A stretch of DNA of 63,744 bases, the filler included, from Rhabdomonas costata (taxonomy: Eukaryota): assembly GCA_019059605.1 (NCBI GenBank). It is 51 parts of 51 records of this genome, joined end to end, with 100 filler letters (N's around TTAATTAATTAA, not from the genome) between each part and the next. Parts side by side here need not be neighbours in the genome. Positions count along the whole stretch, not along the records: positions 10,022 to 11,174 come from JAHMHO010026052.1; positions 11,275 to 12,422 come from JAHMHO010026053.1; positions 12,523 to 13,674 come from JAHMHO010026054.1; positions 13,775 to 14,926 come from JAHMHO010026055.1; positions 15,027 to 16,178 come from JAHMHO010026056.1; positions 16,279 to 17,430 come from JAHMHO010026057.1; positions 17,531 to 18,682 come from JAHMHO010026058.1; positions 18,783 to 19,934 come from JAHMHO010026059.1; 43 more parts are not named here. One strand, 5' to 3'. Below the pieces are notes generated by a model, which was given only the letters and a program-made list of their open reading frames with translations, searched no databases and was not told the origin of the DNA. The translations under genes were made by a program, and so were the position numbers. Shown piece by piece: positions 10,421 through 21,689 of this stretch (its first letter is position 1; every line of letters begins with the position of its first letter).

Positions 10421-13400
10421 GTATGTGTATGTATAATACTCGTCTTCGTGAAACATGACATCTGCACCAACTGTGGATGAGAAGGACACACCAGCTGGCG
10501 CATCAGCACAACAGTCTGTGGAAAGGCTCCACGCACACCACAAACCTCACACGTCTGGATTGAACGCAACGCAGTGGAAACACACCACATACGCTCTGGA
10601 AACACGACACACACACTCACATCATCATAGCTCTGATCAGGGATGAAAACATACAACTCTAGAACTCTACAGCTGGAATACCCTAATCACTCTTTCTAGC
10701 AGATGATTGAGACAATCCCAACTCTGGACTGAGCTACACTGGGAAGTACTTCAACGCTCAGTCAAACCTCTCAAAGAGAAACTCGAAAGCACTCGGTAGC
10801 TTTGTCAGAGCTCTCCACACAACCCACGCACGCTATGGATTCTCCCCTCTCAACCCACCAACGCTGTGGAGCCTCGCCCCTCACCCACACACTCTCTCAC
10901 ACCGCTCCTCAGGAGGGTTGGCTCTCTCTCAGCTGTGGATTTGGCACACCACGGGCGCAGTACCGGGGTCTCGCTGTGGAAGTAGCTCGAAGAGAGGAAC
11001 TTCTCTCCCTCATCTTATTTCTTAGGCGAGTTGTTCCTTGCTCCTGAAAGGGAAAACAAAGGTACAAACGCACAGGAAAAAGCATCAAAAACTCGTCTAC
11101 TACCCATCTGATAACACACTCTACTCCACTTACCCACTTGTGGATAACCCACTCTAACCTCCTGTGTGGATAACNNNNNNNNNNNNNNNNNNNNNNNNNN
11201 NNNNNNNNNNNNNNNNNNTTAATTAATTAANNNNNNNNNNNNNNNNNNNNNNNNNNNNNNNNNNNNNNNNNNNNGGGGGTTGGGGGGTGCTGGACCACTT
11301 CATGAGATTTGCAGCGTCACCCTATTCAAATACTTCCTGACTTTCGGACTGGACGGGACAGGAGCAGATTGGTTGGCGCTGACGGAAACACACCAGAGAC
11401 CAGTCAGCAACCAGTGCAAATCGTCGTTGTGACGCACCTCGCGGGCTGGTGACACGGACGAAGAGGGCAGGCACCAGGCTGAACGAAAATACGGCATCCT
11501 TGCGGGTGACCTCTCCCCGGCCCAATCTGTGCAGCGCACAAACACACAATTCGAAGGGAACCCTGAACAAGGCTGACTCGGCAATTACACGCACCTCCTG
11601 CGCTCCGTGAGCAGCCGGTGCTCCTGCCGCCACTCCACCCCGTGTGCGCATGGGATAAGGCAAAAGGCAAGGGAGGGATCAAAGCAATGGAAGACAGAAA
11701 AAGAACCTCTGGAAAGTGTCCGGGAGGTTTCTGAGCGACACGGCGAACTCCAGCTCGACCAAGGAGCGCGCAGCTGCCGAGAAAGCCGGAACACGGAACC
11801 CAATATAAGCCGAAACATCATCTCAATTATTCTGCCCACGAAGGTCACTCTGAAAATTGACCCAAACCGCTCCGTCTTCGGAGCATCGAAGCAAGACATC
11901 CCATCCTAACTGAACTGAAAAACGTGGCCCCATCCTCCACATACAGATAGATATCTGCACAGACGAATTGGATGCAGAAGAGACCCACACATTGAGTAAG
12001 CGAGAAAGGCACCCGCGCAAGCATTCCGATTCGGATGGAGGTCAGCAGGCTGGGATACTCCAGCTCCACCAGCAGGGAGCTGGCGGAAGACGGGGCAGCC
12101 CTTTGGGAACGGCGGTCCTCCTCACCTTTGCTGCCCGCGGCTTTCCCAGAGGCAGGCGGGTGCTCATCCCGAACGGGCTTTGCCTTGAACCCCAGCGGAA
12201 CCAAGGGGCCAGCCTTGGCCCCTTCCATTCTCGTTTCTCTTTGGCACACAAAAGCGGTTTAGTCGTAGCCTAAAGTCTTAGAACTCATTTTGTGAGGAGT
12301 CGTGAGGAAGGGCTGTCCGAAGAGAGAGAAGACACACACACATGCAGATTCTTTTTCTACACGGAACCCCGAAGGCTCCAATCGAACGTCATATCAGATC
12401 CAGAAGTCAACTCCCACCACCCNNNNNNNNNNNNNNNNNNNNNNNNNNNNNNNNNNNNNNNNNNNNTTAATTAATTAANNNNNNNNNNNNNNNNNNNNNN
12501 NNNNNNNNNNNNNNNNNNNNNNCATGCAGTTGAAAATCGCTGAGAAAATGAAGGCCAGGTCGGAGTTTCGGTGACCTTACTTTGAGTTGTGGTGGTAGGT
12601 GTTAGGGTGGTACCAGCTGGAACCGTTTTTTGTTTTTGTGGTTTTCATTTTCATTCGATCATGCCACGCAATGCCAATTTCTTTTATTTCATCGGGTGTT
12701 ACACAGGAGATTCTTGTGAGAACCCGGTGCTGGTTAGGTGAGGCACTCGACTGGGAGTGGGCGTACCTCAGCTTGATAATTTCGCGCAGCATTCCAGGGC
12801 TGCTATGCATTTTTGGAATGAAGAAGCGGGCACCCTTTGTAAACCGAACACGCTTCTGGAATGTGTTAGGGAGCTCATCATGTTTCGTTTGTGTCCGCGA
12901 TCTTGGAGCAGTTGCCTCGGATTTTTCTCCTCAGTCTTCCTGCCTTCTCTAGTTATGGAGCTGGGGTGCAATGATTTGTTGTCGGGCAATAGTGTCCAGG
13001 TTTCCTTCCTTCAGTTTGCATTCCCTGTCGCTTTAGGCTACTCTGCCGCCCTGCCCGCATTGGACCTTACCCGTACGGCGCTATGGTGCTGCTCCGAGGC
13101 CACTGTCCAGTTATGTGGCCGAACCTGTTCGCTCCGCCTTCCCTCAAGTGGCGTTTAGTTAGAATGCGGTGCAGTTTTTGCTGGAATGATGGCACTGTAC
13201 GACTCGCAATGTGAATAAGACTGTGTGTCCCCGAAATGTTTTGAATGTTCTTGCAGTGAATTCGCTCTCCGTTTTCCTCATTGGATGGAGTGATTCGGCA
13301 CGTTTTTGTTCTAGAACAATTTCCCCTTCGCCGCGATTGCCCGATTTAGTTGTGCGAACATAGGGCACGGGTTGCAGTCGCAATGCTGCTCTCATTGTGT

Positions 13401-13552
13401 AAGTTTTCTGTCACAAATGTGAATTCTGCACTAAAATTAGGTCGCTTCGCTTGTATTCAGTTATGTTCCCTTCTTTGTTTTTGACCTTCCGTTAGGCTCG
13501 ACTGCTTTTGAAATTTCCCCCTGTGCTCGCTGCAAGTCCGATTTACCAACGA

Positions 13553-13674
13553 ATGGAAGGAGAAAAAGATCGCCTTCGTGGCCTGGCCCAAGACGTGTTT
13601 GTCGAGATACTGGGTTTCTTTGAAGTTGAAGAGGTGTTCCGCTTTCGTGCAACCTGCCGAGCTTACCACACACA
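13553..13674 (+). CDS. F-box protein N-terminus
   Basis: MEGEKDRLRGLAQDVFVEILGFFEVEEVFRFRATCRAYH fits the F-box pattern L(P)xE/DxxxxIxxFLxxxxLxxxxxxCR. Confidence 0.7.
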
Positions 13675-13842
13675 NNNNNNNNNNNNNNNNNNNNNNNNNN
13701 NNNNNNNNNNNNNNNNNNTTAATTAATTAANNNNNNNNNNNNNNNNNNNNNNNNNNNNNNNNNNNNNNNNNNNNGGGTGTTGTGTATGGTCTAACCTCAG
13801 TTGAACGCCCGTGCCTCTTCCCATGCCCCCTATGTGGTCCAG

Positions 13843-14672
13843 GTTTGCCCTGATGGGCCCAGCGAAGCAGCTGCACCTGCTGTGGCTCTTCTTGTGCCAC
13901 TACCGCCGCAGCGTGCCCAAGCTCGACCTGCAGCCCGCGCTGCTGCGGTTCTCCTTGGCCCTGCACGAGGTCAGTCGTGGCTACCTCGCCGCGGAGCCGA
14001 GGCCTGGCCAGGTCGTGGTGGGCCCAGCCACGGCCAAGGTGCCTGGCCTATCTCTCCGACTATAGAGTGAGTGAGTTAGTGAGCAGTTCGGTTTTAAAGA
14101 AAGTTCCAATTGAATCCCAGGAAGATCACGTCGCATCACCCGCAAAAATATTGTTCTAGAATCCTGGGACCTATGGATCACATTAAAGACCTTAAAGACG
14201 GAAACAACATGGAATAGGAGGGTGCCGTTCTTTTTGCGTGGATGAATGGGGTAACGGGAAACTAGAAGAATTGAAGCAAGTTGTCATTTATATCTGAACT
14301 TGCGCCTTCAAGTCTGCGCACACCTGGATTTGCATGCTGTGTTTGCATTCACTATTTAATCTCTCTCACACTAGAACCGCCCCCCCCCATCAACCCTCCT
14401 TGCTTTATGTTAAGGTCCTGCTGTGTGGGCACCTGAACGGGATCCAGTACCGCGTCCACTTGACGGTATGCCACGTCATGTACTTCCCTCAGGAGCTTCG
14501 CGGGCAGCAATACCAGCACGACCGCACCCTGTACACGTTGCTGTACTGCCTGTTGGGGCTGGAGGGGGAGGCCTTTGGCTCGCCCCTGAACACGCACCCC
14601 GCAGCGGGGTTCTTCTTCACCGCGTTTAAGTCCGACCAGGCCTTTGGGGCTTCCCTGGACGCTCTGGCACAG
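13843..14672 (+). CDS. PCIF1/CAPAM-like N6-adenosine methyltransferase, 2 exons
   Basis: Exons 13843-14038 and 14415-14672 (GT-AG, phase 0). The second encodes GQQYQHDRTLYTLLYCLLGLEGEAFGSPLNTHPAAGFFFTAFKSDQAFG, paralleling the PCIF1 GLQ...FGV.FECFASPLN...YCSAF.D.D..FG block. The NPPF motif would lie in a later exon that is not present. Confidence 0.6.
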
Positions 14673-15163
14673 GTTCCTTGCAGCTTCCTGAACGCCTGAT
14701 TTTGGCAGCTGTCTTTATTTAGCGGTGCGGCAAGTTCTTCGAATACCACGACGTACAGATGGGCTATATACACTATGTGACGAACTGTGCGACGAATATC
14801 CCAACTTATCATTTGATTGCTCATACTTTCTGATGCAAATTTTATCTTGGAAAGTCTGGAGACCTCCCATACCCTTCACCCCCTCCCCTCTCCCATACCC
14901 TCCTTCTGCACACACACACACCCCCCNNNNNNNNNNNNNNNNNNNNNNNNNNNNNNNNNNNNNNNNNNNNTTAATTAATTAANNNNNNNNNNNNNNNNNN
15001 NNNNNNNNNNNNNNNNNNNNNNNNNNGGGTGGGGGTGCCAAGGCCAGCTACTGCGTCGGCCAGCGCGGCGTCAGGTGTGCCACCACTGCCCGCTCGAAGA
15101 GAGAGGGAATTGAATTTCGGGTGGTTTTGGGCAATGTACGCTTTCGCATTTTTGGCATCACAG

Positions 15164-15526
15164 TCCATGCTGAGGCTGGAGGAGAATCCCGGTGGGAGGC
15201 CTTTGCTGACCTCCCGGTCACGGTTCGCGGAAATCCGGACGTGCGAGAGGTCTTTCCTTTCGCTGGAAAGGTGCGCCCCCTCCTATTTATCTCTGTGGGT
15301 GCGCGCGTGGTGTTGGGGTATGGTGAATGGCACGTGCTGCCTGTTCTTTCAATTTTCATCCCGTGGGAAGGAAGCCTCGAGTGCTCTCTGCTGCCGTGTA
15401 TTTTTATGAAAGGGGGCTCCGGGCCTTTGTGAAGTTCGTGCCCCGGGATGTGGTTCGGATGATGCTGAGCGGGGAGATGGATTCCACTCACGACATGGAC
15501 CGCCGTGTGGTCAGTATCCTTTTCAC
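15164..15526 (+). CDS. Receptor-type class III adenylate/guanylate cyclase (HAMP-like linker into start of catalytic domain), 2 exons
   Basis: Exons 15164-15270 and 15413-15526 splice to SRFAEIRTCERSFLSLERGLRAFVKFVPRDVVRMMLSGEMDSTHDMDRRVVSILFT (cf. SFxKYVPxxVV...RxVTILFxD). Confidence 0.85.
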
Positions 15527-15669
15527 GTACGCGGGTCCCTCCTCATTGCTTTTTTCACGGGATGGGCAGGGCAGGCTGATGATACTGAGGCGTTGACTTC
15601 TAGGAGCGTGATGTTGTGAACCCCCACAGCCCCTTTTTTGTGATCGGAAGTTCTGCTATGTAACCACCA

Positions 15670-15722
15670 GTGAGTAGCGAACACATTGGGTTTGCTATTC
15701 ACGAGTAGCGTTCGCTACTCAC
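15670..15722. repeat. Intronic 13-bp perfect inverted repeat; left arm recurs at 16060-16074
   Basis: GTGAGTAGCGAAC (15670-15682) / GTTCGCTACTCAC (15710-15722); GTGAGTAGCGAACAC again at 16060. Confidence 0.85.
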
Positions 15723-16311
15723 GCGGCGCGGCCTGAGCCAAACACCTGAGCACCATACACGTACCCCAATTGCAAAAGAAGGACAGCTTGAGGTTAGGAG
15801 GCAATGCACGCACGAGGTGTGCCCAGCGCTAGGCGTAAAACGCTTCCATGATCACGGAATTCCTAGGACAGATTATTTTCGCACGACTCAGAGCTGTCCG
15901 CTACGCAAAAACTTCGAATCGAACCTACGGGACCTGGACCTTGTGCTGGGTACATTTTCTTATGTGCTTGTGTCAGGTTGCTCTCATTTGAGCGATGTTT
16001 CGTTTACGAAAGGGTTCTGTGAGATGGTAGAAAGGTGATGATGATTTTTATGTGTATGGGTGAGTAGCGAACACTATTCATGTATAGCGAACGGTTCTAA
16101 ACAAAATTGAATAAACGGAGGGAGGGGGTAGTCCACAGCCCTCCGGCGACTGTCAACGGCGCCGCCCACCCCACCCCCNNNNNNNNNNNNNNNNNNNNNN
16201 NNNNNNNNNNNNNNNNNNNNNNTTAATTAATTAANNNNNNNNNNNNNNNNNNNNNNNNNNNNNNNNNNNNNNNNNNNNTGTTGGGGGTTGTGTTGGTTGT
16301 GTTGGGTGCAG

Positions 16312-16802
16312 GAGAGGTGGGCTGGCCCAGTGTACACTTCGCACTATAAAGCCCACCAGAATCGAAGCCAAGGTCTACAACAGTACCACACCCACCACAC
16401 CCGATTGCACCATACCCACACCGTAGCCACCCCTCCCCCCAGCATCCACCCGACTCACGCACACCACACCCTACGCACTCGAATCCCCTGCATACACACT
16501 TCACGCGACAAACGGTGCGGTGAGCCATAACATAAAAACGAAAGGTGGTCTCGTTCTGGATTCCCGCGAGCTACGAGGATAACGACTTCTTCGACGTGGT
16601 GCGGCGGCAGGGCTTCAGCGAGCTCGTGGAGGCGGTGTCGCTGAAGGACAGCTTCACTCACCCCAAGACGGGCCGCCGCTCCCGGGCCTATGAGGTGCAG
16701 TTCTACAGCCCAGAGCGGCCAGTGACTAAGGAGGAAGTCAAGGGGTACATGGAGGTCCTCCGGGCCACTCTGCCTCAGCAACTGGACATCCAGCTGCGGT
16801 AG
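16312..16802 (+). CDS. C-terminal ferredoxin-fold anticodon-binding (FDX-ACB) domain, mitochondrial-type phenylalanyl-tRNA synthetase-like
   Basis: Terminal exon 16545-16802 VVSFWIP..YEDNDFFDVVR...LVEAVSLKDSFTHPKTGRRSRAYEVQF..PERPVTKEEV...LR* matches the FARS2 C-terminus; probable upstream exon ~16312-16372 (GT at 16373). Confidence 0.82.
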
Positions 16803-19800
16803 AGTCTTCGCCATCGTGCTGAGAGTGAACGCAGTGGTTGCAGGGTTAACGCTGAAAGCCCATCCTGTTGCGAGACACATTGGTGGTTGGGGTGCACATT
16901 TAGCGGTGTTGGACTTAGGGGTTGTGGATATCTCATGCGTATCGCCAGATGAGCCTTCCGACGTTGGACTTGGTGCGAGGGGGGGGGGGCAGATGAAGAA
17001 GGAAAGGACTGAATTTGTCAGTTTTCTAATAAAAATTAGATACCCCGCTTATCCCAGGTATTGTCAGAAAAAGGTTCCCCTGGATCCCAGTGCATCCTGC
17101 TCCGCGACAAGCTCATGCGTTTTAACATACTTTTGTGAACGGGGAGGTTTTTAGACATGCAGGACACGTTACCCAGTGGAGCTTGGGTGGCGAGGACACC
17201 GGATCCGTTTTCGACCCTCGGTACGCGAGGGATAGTCTTGGGTAGAGACGAGGTGCAGCGAAGTAGTAAAACGCGAACTGTAGCACAGACCTACACCGCT
17301 TGCTTACACTTACCTAGCATGGCTACCTTGACCGATCCCAACCGTGGCTTGAATGCGGTGAGGACCTAGGGACTACTGCTGTGTATGATTTGACTTCGGA
17401 AAAGCTCTTCTGGAAAGCTCGCTCCACACCNNNNNNNNNNNNNNNNNNNNNNNNNNNNNNNNNNNNNNNNNNNNTTAATTAATTAANNNNNNNNNNNNNN
17501 NNNNNNNNNNNNNNNNNNNNNNNNNNNNNNTACCATATTAGTAGTGTTGTCGTGTGTGTGTGCTATTCCAAGTGTCAGGGTTAGGCGTAGTAGTCGTAGG
17601 GTAGTGCTATGTGTCTTCCTGGCATGGTGGTGGTCTGCTATGGCTTGCTGTCATCACTGCTAACGTAGTGGTATGGTCGTAACAACCATGTCAATCCACG
17701 CGATGGTGGTGGTGGTGGTGTCATGTCATAGTCAGCCTTGGCACAGCATCGTTGATGGCATAGACGTAACACCATTTTCAGTCCATCCTACGGTGTTGTG
17801 TTAAGGCATAGACTGCTGCTTGGTGGTTTTGGCATGATGTCCCACAGAGGCAACGGTGTAACAACACGATGAGCCCAACGTGTGGATGTTGTGTCGATGC
17901 TGCTTAGGGTGTGGCTGCTGTGGTAGTTTGAACCAGATGTCATGGAGTGGCCTTAACCAACCGCATAAACCCATGATGTTGGAAGTAGCTGCAATGTAGA
18001 GGGCTGTCATGGGTGTCAACGGTTGCCTTGATGCATGGTAGTGTAGTGTAAGCGTAGAGGAGGAAGCATGCCTCGACGTAAGCATGAAACAACCGTGTGA
18101 TGAAGCCCTCAGGATGCCTCCATCCAACCGGGTATGAACCTGAGAAAAAAGAGCGTATGTTGAGTGTTTAATGAGCCCAATATGCCAAAAAACTCACTGA
18201 AGGAGTTCTGCGTGGCTTCGCCAAGTATGGAACGAGTGACCCGTGTAGCGGGGAGCGAGTGAAGTGACAGGTGGGGTTGATGCATTCATTCTTCAGAGTT
18301 GAGAGTGTGAGCGTACCGACTTATGTCTGGGAGCGAACGGGTGAAATGATGTTACTACGGCATGCCATCTCGTGACCTCGATGCCATGCCTTCGTTCTTT
18401 CTTTCTTCTGTCATTCAGTCGCAGCGCTCCTTCGTTCCTTTGTCGACTCTCACAATCGCTACGCTCATGTTCGTGTCTACTGGTGTTTGGGTGTTGATGA
18501 AATGACCTCCTTTTGGCGGTTAGCGACGAGGAGGACACAACCACAGTCGCACGTCCTCCGCTAAGCTACGGCCATGCACACTTTGTATTTTGTCGTCAAT
18601 CGCTCCGCTTGTTCCTCCTGTTGGGTATACGTGGTCGGCATTCACTGCTTTCATGCCCCCAACCCCCAACCACACCCAACACNNNNNNNNNNNNNNNNNN
18701 NNNNNNNNNNNNNNNNNNNNNNNNNNTTAATTAATTAANNNNNNNNNNNNNNNNNNNNNNNNNNNNNNNNNNNNNNNNNNNNGTTTTTGGGTCGCGTTTT
18801 TATGCGGATTTGAGGGTTTTTTATAGGGCTTTTTGGCGTCGAAAAGGGGTGAAAATGAGCGAACTTCGGCCACTTGGGTAAATGGTAATTGGGTTGTTGG
18901 TTGCGATAGCGGCAAACCGCAGGGAGGGGTCCCCCTTCCTCGAAGTTGGTGTAATCCATATTGGGATAAGCAGGCACATGGGATAAGCATGCACCGTCGT
19001 TTCGTTACGGGACCCCTTAGCGCTGCGCGCGGCGCGCGGCATCCTTACTTGTATTTTCAAAAGAGTACCAGCCTTTCTAATGAATCTTTTTAGTTCTTTT
19101 TTAAAAGCTCTCTTGCCCCCCCCCCCTCCGGCACTGCGAGCTTAGTCAATGGGACAAGGTGGGAATCCGTCAAGGTGGTCTATAATAATAATTCCGCTCG
19201 CTATTAGCAGACTCACAAAACTGCTGTATATACAAAAGACCCCAGGCCTGCTTCGGCTTAGCCCTCCAGGGCGTACATACTCACAAAAAACACAAAAATG
19301 GGCGACGACTGCGGAAAAAGGGACCGGGGTTGGACTGGAACAAACAAACAGGCTCGTGTTGGAGTTGACCTGGAAACCTCGTTTCGCTGTCGCTCACGAA
19401 GCGCTTCGAGTACCTTGAGAAGTGCTGAGCCAGAAACCGCTCGCCTCGTACACTCCGAAAGTTCCAGCCTTTTTTATAAACGCAAGACAACGCAAGACAG
19501 GTAGTCAGGTGAGGTGTGCAGCAGGCTGTCTTTCTTATATTACCTCCTCTGGGATAAATCCGTTATTTTCCCAGTGTAAAAGTTGTGTTCGTGCTGTCGT
19601 CTTTTTTCAGGTGATGGGACGCTCCCTCTATAACATGGTGATATTATCAGCGTCAAAGAACAACCCTTATATACTCTCGCAGCCTGACTTAGCAACCAGG
19701 ATCTCCACCTAGCTCCGCCGCGCTCCGCGGCACACCAACAAACCAGCAAAAACTGCGTGGGGTAAAGTTTACCTCCCATGTTTCTAAAAGAACGTCAGGA

Positions 19801-21473
19801 AGGTGCTTCTTTTTTGCCCAGCGCAGCGGAGGGTTCAACAACGGCACCCACAACGCATGTATAAAAAACCACCTGCCTCTATCCCTGCGACAGGGCGCTC
19901 AAGCAAATGGCTCGGTCGTCGGTCAAAACCCTCANNNNNNNNNNNNNNNNNNNNNNNNNNNNNNNNNNNNNNNNNNNNTTAATTAATTAANNNNNNNNNN
20001 NNNNNNNNNNNNNNNNNNNNNNNNNNNNNNNNNNTTTTGGGTGGTATCCTCCTGCGCACACCCTGTGGATCCCTTGGTGTCGGTGACATTGACAGTACCC
20101 TGAAGTGGCTGCCCTGGTTTTGCTTCTTCTTCCCGCCGTTCTTCAGCAGTCCGCGGAACAGCATGCGAACTAAGAGAAAAGCGTCAAGTCTTGGTGCTGT
20201 GCGTGAACGCGTAACACTTTTTAAAAGAAGAGAATTAATCTTTGAACATGATGCTGTAGTTAACATCTGCTGTGGTGGTCCTGAGGCACCACGCAAATGG
20301 CGCACGTCCCAAATAGTCCCATTAACTATTGCAAACCAGACAAGGGCACTCAATCGGTTTGGCACCTGGGCGCACAAATTACATGCTAATAGTGAACGCT
20401 TTTGGCGTGCGTGCGGGATGGCTTTTCGAGAGCTGTATGGCTGTAAATTTGGCACCATTTCTTCATTTGCTTTGGCGTCGGTTATCCGGTTATTTCAGCG
20501 TTTAAATAGCATTGGATAGGAAGGACTTGGGCAGAGGAGCGTGCAAGCATTCCTTGCCAGCGGTGAACGCCCGCATCTGGTGGTTTGTTTTTGCTTCCTC
20601 TGGCCGCCCTGTTTTCGGCCGGTTTTTGTCACGGGGACATATGCTTCCTTTGCAGTAAAAGCACAAAAAGAGGCACCAAATATTCGAACCATGTGCCCTA
20701 ATTCCACCGTAACTTTTTCGTAAATTGTAACGCGTCTGTCCGGATTCCTTCTGTTGCGGTGCCGGGAAGCCCGGAGAGCGACGTAACGGATCAGAAAAGT
20801 ACCAAAAAAAAAAAGAGTACACGTTGGGGTTCGCAGTCGTCAGAATTTTCGAGATTTGAGCGGAATGGTTGAGAAGAAAAAGATTGGAAGTTCAGCGCTC
20901 GAGTTGAGAATAGTGGAGAGCGTTGCCGCTGCCGTAGCGTAGATAAATTGTGTTAGTAGGATCAAGAAGCGATGCCTGGGGATAATGCTGAGCGGACGGC
21001 ACGGGAACAAGATACGGGAGCGGTTGAATGGGAAGCGGGTGAAAGAACATATGACCGAGGCAAGTCTGGAAAACCACAGCCCGAGTACACAACACCATGC
21101 CGTGCAGAAAAGCAAAGCGAGATGGAAAGTGAAGAGAAGGCCTAACCGGAGCGAGTGACAAACTCCAACGATATACCCCCACACANNNNNNNNNNNNNNN
21201 NNNNNNNNNNNNNNNNNNNNNNNNNNNNNTTAATTAATTAANNNNNNNNNNNNNNNNNNNNNNNNNNNNNNNNNNNNNNNNNNNNGGTGGTTGTCTGTGG
21301 TGGACAGAGTCCCCATAGCACCTTACCTGGAGTTAGGGGGCGTTTTCCTTTTTTCTTCAAGCTATGTTTTCTTTGTTTGACTTAGAGGCTTTGTATTGGT
21401 ATGAGATAAATGTCAGAAAGGTTTAGAGAGTTATGGAGTTTTAAGAGAGCCTGCCTGTGATTGTGGTGATTCT

Positions 21474-21689
21474 TTGGGAGAGCTCTGTAAGAATGGTACT
21501 CCTACGTATCAGAGGTGCACCAGTTGTTGCAGAAAGATTTATGGCAAGGCTTTTTCTATTCTGGAGTCCTCTGCGATGTCTTCAAAACAATGGATTCACC
21601 TCGCCTTCTTCTGGGCTTATGAATGTCCCGGTAACCTGGTCTCAGAGATTTATGGTGTGCGTCATGAACTGGGAGGCTTCTCATTCTGA
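21474..21689 (+). mobile_element. Possible Merlin/IS1595-like transposase N-terminal remnant
   Basis: YQRCTSCCRKIYGKAFSILESSAMSSKQWIHLAFFW resembles the RCxxC...SxFxxSxL...xLxYxW Zn-ribbon/HTH segment; no catalytic core seen. Confidence 0.35.
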
